Shown here in pieces: positions 38,429 to 53,149 of a DNA stretch of 64,000 nucleotides. Origin of the DNA: Adineta vaga (taxonomy: Eukaryota > Animalia > Rotifera); NCBI GenBank assembly GCA_021613535.1, contig CP075492.1:13020001-13084000 (forward strand), in the 5' to 3' direction. The position numbers were made by a program, and so were the translations under genes. How positions within the stretch are numbered: the stretch's first letter is position 1; each line of letters opens with the position of its first letter. The notes under the pieces were generated by a model. The model saw only the letters and a list, made by a program, of their open reading frames with translations. It did no database searches and had not been told where the DNA came from.

Positions 38429-39498
38429 TTAGAATTTGTTAGAATTCAGTTAAAATAGTATTTATGTATGTAATACATTGATGCTTTATTGTTGATCTAA
38501 AATATGATTTATGAGAAATATATTTAAGTTTCTTCATTTATCTGTTGTCTCGATAAACAATGTAAGATATTCATATATGGTTCAGCCAATTTGTTGTCTT
38601 CTTTTAGCGAGGTTCGAAAGTTACTAGAACCTTATTTGTCATCCTGAGTTTTTTCTTTCAAACACTTCCAACTTTTAAGTAATTTAAGACGAAATTTTTC
38701 ATAGTAAGATTCTATATCTTACGCATTGTAGTTAGTTGTGACTTCTCTTCGCTGCTGCTGATTACTAATTGATCCAGTGCTGTACGACAAAAAAAGTATA
38801 ATCAACCACTAATCTATAATGATATAGACAGTTTGTTCTGCCTACTAGTAGTTTATGAATTGTATAGTCCTTTCGTGTGCTAAGCAAAATAACTCGTAAG
38901 TATGAAATCTCGATTGATTCATATTACACACCCTCGTACAATTAATACTACGATTATATAAACTTATTGGTGATCGGAATGAGTGTTTTTAGATACTATG
39001 TATACTTTACATATGTCTGCAGTGTTGAAAATGAAATACGAATGTTGTTGGCATACATCTACCATAGATCACAGCATGTGCTAACACTAAAAAAAAACAC
39101 TTTACTCATATGTTCATGCTTTAAGATTAAATCTTCAATATTGATACTAATCCTCTTTTGATATTTTTGAATAAGGCTCCAACAGATAATGTTGTTGGTA
39201 ATCTTTGAAATCAAGTAGAAGATCTAGAAGCTGAACTATAGCATCTTCTATATACACTCAATACTACGATGTTTTGATCTCGAATAATAAGTTGATGATT
39301 TCTTTTATGTGTGGTCTATATTTGTTAGATTGAAATTGAAGAAATAAACAACTACGTAAAATTATTGTAGTTTACTGACTATAGACGTAGCAAAGAAGTA
39401 TACGACTTTCATCTTCAAATATCTTCATTAATTATTGAATCGCAGGTAACAATCATTTGTACATACAATTTATTAACAAAAAGATCTGACAGATATAT

Positions 39499-40413
39499 TT
39501 ATCTCCTATGATTAGTAGTTCGATATGAAATCTGTTCATGATCAACACCTTTACTTCCAGGTGTTAATTTCCATACTAGAAAACCATTTTTCAAATACTT
39601 TTTCCTTGTTATAATATTATAACCATATTCTTCGGCAAGATATCTAGCTGTGATAATAAATTGTTGTCGGACTCCAATTCCAAACATAGTTTTCATTGAT
39701 TTACCCATCTGTTCGTAACTCCTTTTCCAATCTTCAAAGAAATTGAATATCATTTCATTGGTTCCTGTCATTCGATGAATAAAATTCTTTGGTAGATTTT
39801 GTTGAAATGTAACAATATCAAATTCACCACGAAAATTTGTACTAAATACTAAAGCTTCGATTCTAATTGATCGATCGATATGTTTTCGAATCACATTTGC
39901 TACCCAAATACGCCCTAATGGATCTGATGTTCCTTCAATAAGAATTCCATTTGTATTCAAATAATTACACATCAATAAATGAGAATCATGACAATCAGAT
40001 TCCAGATCATATTGTCTCAAAACATTGAATGCACGGATAAGATTAACAGTTTCTCTTTGACCAGTAATTGGATTCGTTTGTAATGGTAAATTGAATCCTC
40101 CCTGACGAAAATCAGTGATGTCATCAACAAACTTTTGAGCTTCTCGTACACGTTTATTATCAATTTCTATACCTAGAATACGTAATTGTCTATTGTACTG
40201 TCTAAAACATTTTGCACTTTCTAACGTAGTGATAGGTGTGCGACCATATCCTAAATCAACGTAGAGATGTTCAGTACTCAAAATCAAATCACAGCAATAC
40301 ATAGTAACGAAATTATCAACACGGCGAAGACGATTTTGTGTTGTTTTACCTCGTGTTTCAGTACCAACAGCTGATTTACAATATTTATTGAATGATGCAG
40401 AATCCAATGACAT
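39499..40413 (-). CDS. Bacterial-type class I SAM-dependent methyltransferase, intronless
   Basis: TRGKTTQNRLRRVD, motif I VDLGYG, GIEID, IRAFNVLRQY, GILIEGTSD, LPKNFIHR. Recalled as an uncharacterised Actinobacteria/Chloroflexi 'methylase' family. Confidence 0.85.
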   Translation of the reverse strand: MSLDSASFNKYCKSAVGTETRGKTTQNRLRRVDNFVTMYCCDLILSTEHLYVDLGYGRTPITTLESAKCFRQYNRQLRILGIEIDNKRVREAQKFVDDITDFRQGGFNLPLQTNPITGQRETVNLIRAFNVLRQYDLESDCHDSHLLMCNYLNTNGILIEGTSDPLGRIWVANVIRKHIDRSIRIEALVFSTNFRGEFDIVTFQQNLPKNFIHRMTGTNEMIFNFFEDWKRSYEQMGKSMKTMFGIGVRQQFIITARYLAEEYGYNIITRKKYLKNGFLVWKLTPGSKGVDHEQISYRTTNHRR

Positions 40414-40499
40414 CTTTTTTTTATATTAAATGTTCTATCAAATATAATAAAGTTCATCATGTGAAAAAGGTCTTGTAAAACTTACTACTATGTCAATTG

Positions 40500-40539
40500 T
40501 TAAATGCAGATCTGGTGTTCGATACCAGACTGTATTTAA
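40500..40539. other. 40-nt hairpin bounded by TTAA
   Basis: ttaaatgcag-a-tctggt-[gttcgat]-accaga-ctgtatttaa: 16-bp stem with one G:T pair and one bulge. Confidence 0.7.
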
Positions 40540-40540
40540 G

Positions 40541-40745
40541 TACAATGATCTTTTGCATATTTCGCAAGATTTCTCAAAATATTATCATTGATAAACCCTC
40601 GACAGAAACTTGTGAAAGTTTTGATTGTTGAATTCATTTTTCATGACGAGGAATGCATCGTCACAATTTATTTTGACTTCAAAATTTCAAAATAACAGGA
40701 ATTCTTTCTTCACCTCACGACAACAGAAAAAACAAATAGTTACTA
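40541..40745 (+). repeat. Direct repeat copy 2 (uninterrupted)
   Basis: Same sequence as copy 1; reads gacgagg-aa-tgcat at the position where copy 1 carries the MITE. Confidence 0.92.
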
Positions 40746-41099
40746 ATACTTAACCTGCGTTTGATAAGAAATTCGCATCAAATGTCATGTTTCAACAATA
40801 AGCAAGAATGGTATTGCGCAAGAAATAGTATTCTATAATGAAATTGAAGTAAAACGATTCATTCGACTGATTGGCTAAATGATGTTCTTATGTTTTCTTT
40901 AATTTTCATTAAAAGAGATTCTTGAGAAGTCATAATTATTGCCGAGGACATATTTTCTTTCATATGCAATGGTAATCATGTTTGATTTATGATGAAGACT
41001 TCCAAAAGTATGTGAACGATAGAAAACAAAATTTGAAATTTAATGTTTCATTTGCTTTAAATATAAGGGCGTGTAACAATTAACGAATAATCAAATATA

Positions 41100-41460
41100 A
41101 TGGTCACTTCAATAAATATGATGCAAACAGGTTATACTGATGCATATGTAAGTTAATCATTTAAATACAGATCTAGTATGTTTTAGATCCTAATCTGTGA
41201 ATGTTTTATAGGGTAGACCAATCGATAACGATGTACAAAAATGGTTTAAAAATGGTGTGAGACCAATTGGAGAGTAAGTTTTTTAGTGATTTATTATGAA
41301 TTTATTCTATATATGTTGTTTTAGAGAGAGAAAAAGTGGAATTTGTTCGAGTCAAACGACCTGTTATATATTTCTAGGAATTATATGTTTTATTCTTGTA
41401 TGCGTTATTATTATTGTTCCTCTAGTTATCGCATCATTACATCCTAGATCTTCTTCATAA
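41100..41460 (+). CDS. Small single-pass membrane protein (~80 aa, 3 exons)
   Basis: MVTSINMMQTGYTDAY | GRPIDNDVQKWFKNGVRPIGE | ERKSGICSSQTTCYIFLGIICFILVCVIIIVPLVIASLHPRSSS*, with two GTAAGT..AG introns. Confidence 0.7.
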
Positions 41461-41542
41461 AAAAAATATAATTATATTTTCATATAGAAAAAAAAATGAA
41501 AAGAGATTATTCATATCACAGTTGTTGTATTGATCTTCATTC

Positions 41543-42518
41543 TTACAAATTCAATGCCAATTGCATGAACTAAAAGCATATATTTTATCCTTGAACAATA
41601 ACATCATATTATTCATTTGAATACACTCACTTCATCAATTGAAAATGAACATATACTTCTCGGTGAACCACTGCCTGATTTTTGATGCATTAAATCTAGA
41701 ATAAGATATTCATTCGTTTCTACCAGATTAAATATGCATATATATAAATACCGTTGAGTAGCGTCAATCGAACACATACTTGAATATAATGTTCAAAGGT
41801 AACTTTGGGTGAAGAATTTTCATCAACTCGTGTAGAATATCGTTTAACAATTGTTTCTAATGTTAATGGAGATAAATTGAATCCTAGAAATTTGTTAGTA
41901 TAGAAATGAAACGAGCAATTCAGTAGTAGTCTATTTACGAAGTGAATTGAGAATGTTAACAAGAGCATAGGGTTCGATGATGCCATTTCGATCAAGATCA
42001 TGACGACGAAAAAGATTTCTCCATGTATGAAGAAGATTAACAACAGCAACGAACTCTGGAAATGTTAACGTATTTTTTGACTAGAATACAATTTATTAAC
42101 AATTTTGAAAAAAGAAATGAAAATTTACATGGGCAATAGCGGTGATCAATAGTTTTGAATGATCAATATTAAATGTTGAATTTCTATCAAATGTACGAGA
42201 TAAATCCGTTTCATTAAGAAGGAATAATAGATCATTTTCATCAATTTCATTCTATTCATTAAAAAAACTTCAATTATGTTTTGAAGGAAAAATTGAAATT
42301 TTACTTTCGTTCGACTTTCGAAAATTTGTTGGAGAAAATTATTTGATGAAGACGAATCATCAGCATTCTACGAGATGCTAAAATTGAATAAATTTCATTC
42401 AAATGATGCTCACTTACTTGTTTTTGAATCGGCATAGTTTTTAATATATATGAAATAGTTCTTCTGTAGTAACTGTATCATCAATTGTTCAATGGTATTG
42501 GTTACTATGGTGATCATG
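41543..42518 (-). CDS. Penta-EF-hand protein (sorcin/grancalcin/peflin-like), divergent; start approximate
   Basis: DLDRNGIIEP, IVKRYS, VTFEHYIQVCVRL and terminal FSIDE|FMQLALNL*. Multiple short introns. Confidence 0.75.
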
Positions 42519-42939
42519 ATTTGATAAAATGAATTGGATTTTCTTTTAAAAAAGAAATCTTCGTTAATTTCTCTGATAATTAAATGAAAAAAATCAATTT
42601 TCATTGTGTAATAAACATCACGATAGAGGACGAGTAAACAATATGGCGGAACCAATGATACGAATGGCATGATCCGTTGACGTAAAGGAAAGGAAGAGGG
42701 AAAAATTGATTTATATATTTTTTTGTATGTGTGACAAAGAGAAAACGAAACAGTGCGGTGTGCAAGTTTATTGACTTATTAGTGATCGTATCTGTTTGTC
42801 ATCTATTATGCTACGAAGCACACGTAGAAAGAAAAACATTTTATGTAAATGTTTATTTGACTCATGATTCATTTTCTATCTAACTGAATTTATTCTAGAT
42901 AAGAGTTTCTTTTTTCTTCTCAAATATAACAACTAGAAC

Positions 42940-44959
<2,020 letters not shown>

Positions 44960-45412
44960 CAATTTCTTACGTTTTGTTCTCATAGAGATGTCTAGTCATC
45001 GCTTTTGATGATTCCTATTTTTCTTTCTATCTTGTCTTGTTCTGCTCTATAGTTAACACTTACATTACATACGCAAATCAAAAAAAAAATCAATTCAGAT
45101 TTTTCTATTTTCTAACTCAACTCAATTTTTCGGATGATGACGATGATGATAATAATAATCAGAAAACATCCTTTCATTTTTTTCATTATTTGTTTGTTGT
45201 AACTCAATTTTTCATTTTCATTTCATGTGTGCAGATGTATAAAAGAAAACCTATCCAAAGCGTTCAATTCAATCATTCATCGCATTTATTCGATTACATC
45301 ATCAACAGTTTTTACTTTAACGTATTTATTCATGTGTATATTGAAATAAATTATTGATTTATTGTTTCCTTCTTTCTTTCATTTATTCTTCTTTGCAAAT
45401 CTATTTCAGATC

Positions 45413-46075
45413 ATGTTGATTCTTGTGTACAGTAGTCTATTACTATTTCTAAATTTCCCTGGTAGTTTTCAATTTGAAGATGGATCATTATGTGCAGGAA
45501 AAAATGTGACTAGTGAACCTGTACAAAAATTTTGTGAGGAACAAGGTGGCTCTATTATACATCGATGTTGTCGAGCAAATGATAATGCAACATTTATAGC
45601 TGTTGATTTAACGGAACTTAATTTAACGACAGTTCCTGATTTTTCTCCATATACAAATTTTAATTTAACTGTCATTGACTTTCGTTTGAATCCTCAGCTC
45701 GAACCATCAGAAGAGAATGATTTTCTTACATTAACATCTCTTGATGATCTTATTCTACCTGAACAATTCGATTGTCCTGGAGAATATCGTGTTTGGAATA
45801 TAATTGAGAATATTACTGATCCACCAGGACGACGTTGTAGACAACAAAAGCTTTTTTGCGAAAATTCAACAGATGTTTGTGTAGAACCAAGTTCTTATTG
45901 TAGTACCAATGGACCGAATCATTTTCTTTGTTTATGTGATGATGCATTTCATGGTTATAAATGTTTACGAAAAGGAAACTTTCCCTTGGCCGCATTTTTT
46001 GGTACAACAGGTTCGGTGACTTTTGTAGCAAGTATTCTTCTCTATTGGACACAAAGGCGACATGTGAAAAGTTAA
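45413..46075 (+). CDS. ATRAID: ATRAID/APR-3 (LRR-like + EGF + TM)
   Basis: Signal peptide; CC..IAVDL; EGF ending GYKCLRKGNFP; TM segment followed by WTQRR. Confidence 0.88.
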   Translation: MLILVYSSLLLFLNFPGSFQFEDGSLCAGKNVTSEPVQKFCEEQGGSIIHRCCRANDNATFIAVDLTELNLTTVPDFSPYTNFNLTVIDFRLNPQLEPSEENDFLTLTSLDDLILPEQFDCPGEYRVWNIIENITDPPGRRCRQQKLFCENSTDVCVEPSSYCSTNGPNHFLCLCDDAFHGYKCLRKGNFPLAAFFGTTGSVTFVASILLYWTQRRHVKS

Positions 46076-46229
46076 ATTTTTTTCTATTGAATGAAATTTA
46101 GATAGGATATCAATGCAATATTTTGTGATTTATTTTTTGATAAGTAATTGTTTTTTTCTTTTATTGAAATAAATTATTGTTTATTTTTCTATGATCAAAA
46201 AAAGATTCGAATGAATTGTATTAAGTTCA

Positions 46230-47090
46230 TTTTGAATAGTTATGATGACATAGATACTGATGAATCATATTAATCCTGTTCTTTTACTGGATGGGCGATA
46301 CAAACATTCATGATATAAGCTTGTTTTTTTATTTACAAAGTATTGTTCGTCCGTAACGATCGATAAGTATGTTATATAGAGGTGAACTGATGCTGATGAA
46401 GTATGAGATACTATAATCATGCTCGATTTGATAGATTCATTTTGAAAGATATTTTTGATCCCTAGAATCAATTTCACATATTAAAAAGCATGTATGCTGA
46501 ATGATCTCGAGCTTTCTTTTATACAAATATGACAGAACCAACGAATTCTATTCCAGTAATAATGAAGATCATCAAATCAACTTATTGTTCATATTGATCT
46601 AGTTTCAATTGATCGGATCCGTTGAAAACTATTCAATCAAAATCTATCATTAATTCAATATTCTCGAACAAACTCCGAAAGATTTGAATGACACCCAAAT
46701 AAATTATATCGAAAGAGGAATACAATGAGAAAATTCTAATGTATTAGAATATACTACAACATATTGATTAGTTCAAAACGTTCGTAGTATCTAACCTTTT
46801 CTATAAATAGATGAATAACAATAATTTCAGCTTCCTTCTTTTTCTCTATTAGTAGACTGTAATACGTCAGGTGAAGATGTATAAACTAATCCATAAATTA
46901 AAAATGTCACGTAAAGTATGAAAACCTTCATCATTAATTTTAGATATTTTTTCTTCAAACTTTTCTAATAGGAATATCCTTCAGCAGGTTACGGAAATAA
47001 CAATCTTGTGAACTGAGTTTTTTCCTTTTATTCAATCTATGTCAGAATGAAGATATTTCTCTTCGTTTCTTTCCATTTCCTTCCGTTCAA
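46230..47090 (-). pseudogene. Possible decayed gene remnant, family unknown
   Basis: Coding-like fragments (LLEKFEEKISKINDEGFHTLRDIFNLW, FDDLHYYWNRIRWFCHIC) with splice-like signals but no consistent open frame. Confidence 0.3.
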
Positions 47091-47638
47091 GAAGAAATAC
47101 TAGCATTCTAAGAGCACTCAAAATATATATAGAAATTCAATGAAAAATCTTCGTCTTCTTGATCCAATCAACACATTGAAATCTCTCAAAGAGAAAATGA
47201 AGATGAGATTCTATTGTTTAATAAATCCGAATACAAGAGAAACAGACAAATCATCATGTTTTCTCTTAGTTATTATCTCTATTCATCAAATAAAACGAAG
47301 GGAAATTATAATATTGAGTTGTTAATTATAGTAACATTTGGATCATGTTCTTTATAAAAAAAAAACAAGATAAAGTAATCTAGCATAAAATATAATCGTA
47401 AAACGGATGATAAAAAGAGGTGACTTTTTCTTCTTTTTCTGATACGTTTGTCAACATACAAGCTATTTTTTGCGTTCGTCTTCTCCTCTTCCATCTTAGC
47501 GCAAAGAGAGAAAAAAAGAAAGAAAAAGAAAATGTGACAGACGTGTCTACTGAATATCGGAGTAAATATTATGAAGAGGAAGAGGTCTTGATAGAATAAC
47601 GTTTGTAAGGAAGACAAGTATATTCTGTTGAAAAGAAG

Positions 47639-48824
47639 ATGATACCTACAGGTATTGAAACACTTTTTGGTCGAAATCGTGATGGTCATCGAACACGACA
47701 TATATTTCATTTACGTCGCCATCATCAACATCATTCACAACAACATCAACAGAAAGATGAACATGATCATTTAGCCAAATTCTTTTTAAATAAACCGAAA
47801 TTAGAGAAAACAATTTTACATGGTCCAACATTTGCTTTTACAGCAATGCAAGGATGGCGTTCAACAATGGAAGATCAACATAAACATCTTATACCATTAG
47901 ATAATCATTCATGGAAATTATGGTCGTATTTTGCTATTTTTGATGGTCATAATGGTACGAAAAGATCATGTTATTTGTTTCCAATGAATAGAAATCTTTC
48001 TTTCTTTCAAAAGGTATCGATACAGCGAAGAATGCATCGGAACAACTTGATATTCATTTAATCAATGCTTTAAATCATATGCTCGAAAGACAACATGATG
48101 ATACCATATATCCTGACATACCAGTTTATTCATCTCAACTTGATCTTAATCAATTACATGGTGCAATTAAACAAACCTATTATGAATTAGATCAAGATCT
48201 AAGAAAGGTTGTTAAAGATGAAAGTGGTTGTGTTTGTGTAAGAATCGTTTGATAAGATAGATTTTTTTTCTTTTGAAATACTCAATATTTAGATTACATG
48301 TCTAATTGGTCCAGAGAAAATTTATTTGATTAATATCGGTGATTCTCGTGCAATTATTATTTCCAATGATGGATGTATTTTAGCGCATACAGAAGGTAAT
48401 TTTTCATTTTGTGTTGTTTTCTTCAATATATATTAACTGAGAACTAGATCATAAACCTGATGATCCAGCCGAACGTGAACGTATTCAAGAAGCTGGTGGA
48501 AAGATTTCCAAATCATCAATAAATGATGTTTTACGCGTTGAAAATCAATTAGCGATGACACGTGTCTTGGGAGATTTCGCTATAGATAAACAAATTGTTC
48601 CGCCAATGGCTGATATTATTGAATATCCACGAAATATTCTTGCCTCATTTATTATTCTTGCCTGTGATGGAATTTGGGATGTGATGACTAATGAAGAAGT
48701 CGCACAATTTGTGATACATCGTGCATCAACAAATAAATTAGAAGAAATTACTTCACAATTATTAGATGAATGTGTTCGTCGGCGAAGTACTGATAATATG
48801 AGTGTATATATTATTAAATTATGA
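47639..48824 (+). CDS. PP2C/PPM1A-B-like protein phosphatase, 4 exons
   Basis: MQGWRSTMED, FAIFDGHNG, NIGDSR, DHKP, LAMTRVLGDF, LACDGIWDV, STDNMS. Confidence 0.93.
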
Positions 48825-49172
48825 ATACATTTGAACTGATCCTTATTGTTGTTTTTCAGCAATGTTATTTTAAATGTTATTCATATTTAATATAAAAGAT
48901 GTCGACCTTTTGGCTTTTCTAAAGAAAGCAAAAGATTTGTTTGCAAGAAACAGTATGATACTATTTTATCATATCTTAATTAGATGTTATCAATCAAGAA
49001 CTGTAGAATCAAGATACAAACAGTGCGTTCGTTTATACTCGGGAAAAAAAACTCTTCCTTGCAATTTTGATTAATTAAATCCTATCCAAAGCTTCTCTTT
49101 TTCACAAATTCTTATTTAGTAAAAAAAAATATAATCCTTTAAGCACCGGTATCGGCAACAAATACTGATGAT

Positions 49173-52100
49173 TTAACTGAAACTGTAATTTTCCGGACCA
49201 TCGTATGTATAATTCCATGATAGATCTACTCCATCTAAACATGTTGGTAATCGTCCTAATTGTTTTAAGCGTTTTTGACGTATTAATTTAGCTGCTGAAA
49301 GTGTAGAAAATTGATTACTACTGGATAAGAATTGTGAAGTCTTCTTCGAGAAAGCACCACTGGATTCTGTTAGAATCTAAATAAAAATATACCGAAGAAT
49401 AGTATCGAGGGAATAGATAAAGAAGAAAAGCGAAGAGAGAGAGAGAGAGCATGATAAAACCTTGAAACGATTAGCAGATTTTAATGACAAACGTTCAGTT
49501 TGACGATGCTTCAATAACTATAAATAAGTTTTTTTTAATATGATTAGTACGCATCGATGAATAAGAAAAGTCTTTGAGGAAATTAAAAGTACATACTTTA
49601 TCATTCAATGCAACTTTTGTTGGACTATCTAGAAAAATAAAATGATTTATTTCGAATTTAATGAGAAAGTATGTATGTTTTATACGTGATCGATCGATTA
49701 ATTGACATTCATCTTGATGAAATGCGTCCCATCCTGTTGTACGACATGTTTTCGAACAAAAATACACTTTTTCACATTGTTTACAGGGTGTTAAACGAAC
49801 ACCAGTACTACGACCACATGTAGCACAAAAATGAAATTCATTATTTCCTCTAAAATATTCATTGAGAGGATAGATTTAACGTTAATAAATTTACTTCGAA
49901 TTCGTTGCTTTTGGTTTTTCGGTAATTGGTGAACGAAGACTGATACTTCGACGTGGTGAAGATGCAAATCCACTTGATGTTCGATTGAAATCATCTATCA
50001 AATATGAAAAATAAAGTTTAATATAAGATATCAAATCAATGATACACACACCAATTAGTGGTATATTCAACAAGTTTTCATTTTTTGTTACTTCTTCACG
50101 AAATCGTTTGGCCATATAAGCAAGTAATTCTTTTCGTTCTTTATATGTAACTCGTTCTTCAGGTGATAGAATATGATATGGTGTTTGAGCTATTCGTGTA
50201 TCCTTAAAACAAACAACGTTTTTTTTTCTATGAGATCAATGATAAAGATATTTATCTACGGAAAAAAAGGAATAATATGCATAGTCGACTGTTGAACCTA
50301 TGCTATCTTTTTGACTAAAACGAACTGGATAAAGAACACGAGGATTTTTTGTAATTATTCGTTCGATCTAAAAACAGAAAAAAAGTATGAACATCAGATT
50401 TATTCTACTTTACGTACTAATTGTATTCGTTTATCATAACTCCAACGAGATCCATATGTCGTTGATGAAATTGTACATAAAGCATTGCCATTTCCTTCAC
50501 CAAGTGAAACTGCTGGATCTATATTTTTATGATCAAGAAGTAAATCAACAACGGATTCATTGGCTGTCGATATCGCCAGAGAGAGTGGTGTTTGACCATT
50601 ACATACAATATTTGGATTTGCTTGATAGTCAACAAGTGAACGTATAATAGATAATGTATCATCCGCTACTTCTCGAGTACATGCGATATGTAAGGGTGTA
50701 CGACCATGACTTTGTATGTTATTCTAGAATTGATTACTAGACGTCTGTTTTGTCAATCTAGAAAAGTAATTATTTACTTTCTTATTGATATTACAAACTA
50801 ATGGATCGGCAAGCGAAAGATATTCTTTATCAACTGGTGATGTTTCAACATTTGTTTGAGCACCATGTTCTAATAAAAGTCGAACAATATCGAATGCAGT
50901 TGGTTCCAAACTACCACAAGCAATATGTAGTGGTGTTAAACTTGCATGACGCGTAGGATTTAATCGACAATTAACTTCCGCTTTTTTCTTTAATAATAAT
51001 TCTACCATTTCCCTATCACCGGCACGAATTGCTAAGGCTAAGACTGGTAATGGCCAATCACTCAATGAAGGATCGGCACCACGACGAAGAAGAAGTCTAT
51101 AGAAAGAAAATGTGTTAGTCTTTTCTGCGTAGGTAAATATCCATTCTCTATGTAACATACTTGATAATTGTAAGAACAGTTTCTCGAAATTGTTCATCTC
51201 GCATACGTTCACGAAGATCTTCAGTTAATTCATATCCATAGGAATCTATTTGATGAATAAGATTGATTTTTTTTCTTTTCTGTCAGAATAATAAATTCGT
51301 TTCTTACTTGAATTTGTTTCTGTTGGATTAAGTAATTTATTTTCTCCTGTTATATTAATTTCACCTACTGATTTTCGTGTTACCCTCATTTCCTTTGAAC
51401 TTGATTGTCTTGATTCTATAATAGGTGTTGATTTTGGATCTGAATATATTAAATCAGAATGTTCGAAAGCTTTGTTAATTGTTTCAAATGGATTATTTCC
51501 ATAATAAAATAGAAAGGCAATAGACAGTGGTGTCAATCCATCATCTGTTAATTGATTAACATTAGCACCGAAATCCAAAAGAGTATTAATCACATCAAGA
51601 TGAAGATTATAGGTTGCAAAATGTAAAGCAGTTAAACCTCGAGAATCACAAACATCAACATAAGTTGACGTATGCATAAGAAGATCACGAATTTGTTTTG
51701 TTTCACCATTATATGCTAATTCAAATAAAAATAATGATGATTTTTCCAACGGACCAGGTTCTGGAAATGCAGAACGAGTATCTAAATAAGAACATCAAAT
51801 TTCATATGTTTAGTGTTTCATTTTTCTCCATTTACTTGATAAAATATCATCAACAAGAAATGTTGCTTGTTGTTTCAATGGTAAAAATCGATTCGTATGA
51901 TAAAATAATTGTCGTTGTTCATCGGTTTCATTCGGTGTAGAAATATCTGCAATTCTTTCATTGAAAATCATCTCTTTAGATGTATTTTCATCCTGAAAAT
52001 TCGATGTATAAGCATCTAATTGAGCTCTTCTATCACGTAAAACTTCTTGTACTTGATTTGCATGTTCAATTAAATATTGTGTAAATGATAACGATGTTTT

Positions 52101-52825
52101 ATCTTCCATATTTTTACATAAGAGTGTAGATGGTTTTTTGTCAAGAATAAAATCCAAATCAGGTAACGAAGAAAGTAATTGATGAGGTGAATACCATGCT
52201 GATAAAATATGAGATGCTTCACTTCGAGGTTTTTTATCGGTTATATGAATAGATAAATTAAGCGTTGGATGTGGATAAAGAAGACGAATAAGATCATTAC
52301 TGAACCAAAAACCGACATCTGCATATTCAGATGATTGATAGGTTAATACACCGGGACCAAATCGTTCATCATGTCGATACAAACCCTAGATGAAGCAAAA
52401 GATTTACTTTTGATTTTGAAATATAGAATTAAATTTACTTTAAATTCGAATATTTCTGCTTTTTGAAATGATCCAAAACCATGTCTTTTATCTGCGAAAA
52501 ACGATCCAGTGTATGTCTGATCATTGAACCAAGATAATACACCTGATCCATGTTTCTTTTCAGCATACATATCACCAATATATTTCTTTCGAAAATCAAG
52601 ATTATCATAAAATATTGAAAAATTTAACTATTACTAACTCACATAGTCTTTTCGTATAGTTGTACTTGTTGCTCTTTGTTTCGATGTTGTCTCTTGACAA
52701 ACATCAGTTGATGTTTTCATTACTTCATTATTATTGGAATTGATTGTCTTTGATTGATCTTTCAGAGTATCGTCGGATGATTCTCGAGTTTGACTACTTA
52801 TTGATTTTCTTGTCAATCTAGACAT
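49173..52825 (-). CDS. ANKMY1: Ankyrin repeat and MYND domain-containing protein 1
   Basis: N-terminal MORN repeats (KKHGSG, KRHGFG, RFGPGVLTY), ankyrin repeats, MYND finger (CATCGRS..LTPCKQC..FCSKTC..HQDEC), C-terminal ENYSFS*. Confidence 0.9.
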
Positions 52826-53149
52826 CTTTCTTCTATCAAGAAACAACTGGAAAAAAGATCAGTCAACAAAAACAAACAAAAAAGAGAAACGTCTCAAGTT
52901 TTTATTGATAATCAAACACTTCATATAAGTAAGTATTTTCGAAAACAATCTACAGTAGCCATTTACAATTTTCAATGCCTAGGTAATCAAATCTCTTTTT
53001 CGTTAGTTAAAGAATGAAACAATAGATGCCGCATATTCGTTATAATACATTTATATTTCTTGATCTTTCGAAAGCATGTCTTTGTTTGATCTAGATAACA
53101 TAATAAAATGTCATCATAAGAAACAAAATAGTTGCTGTTCTATGTCTTT

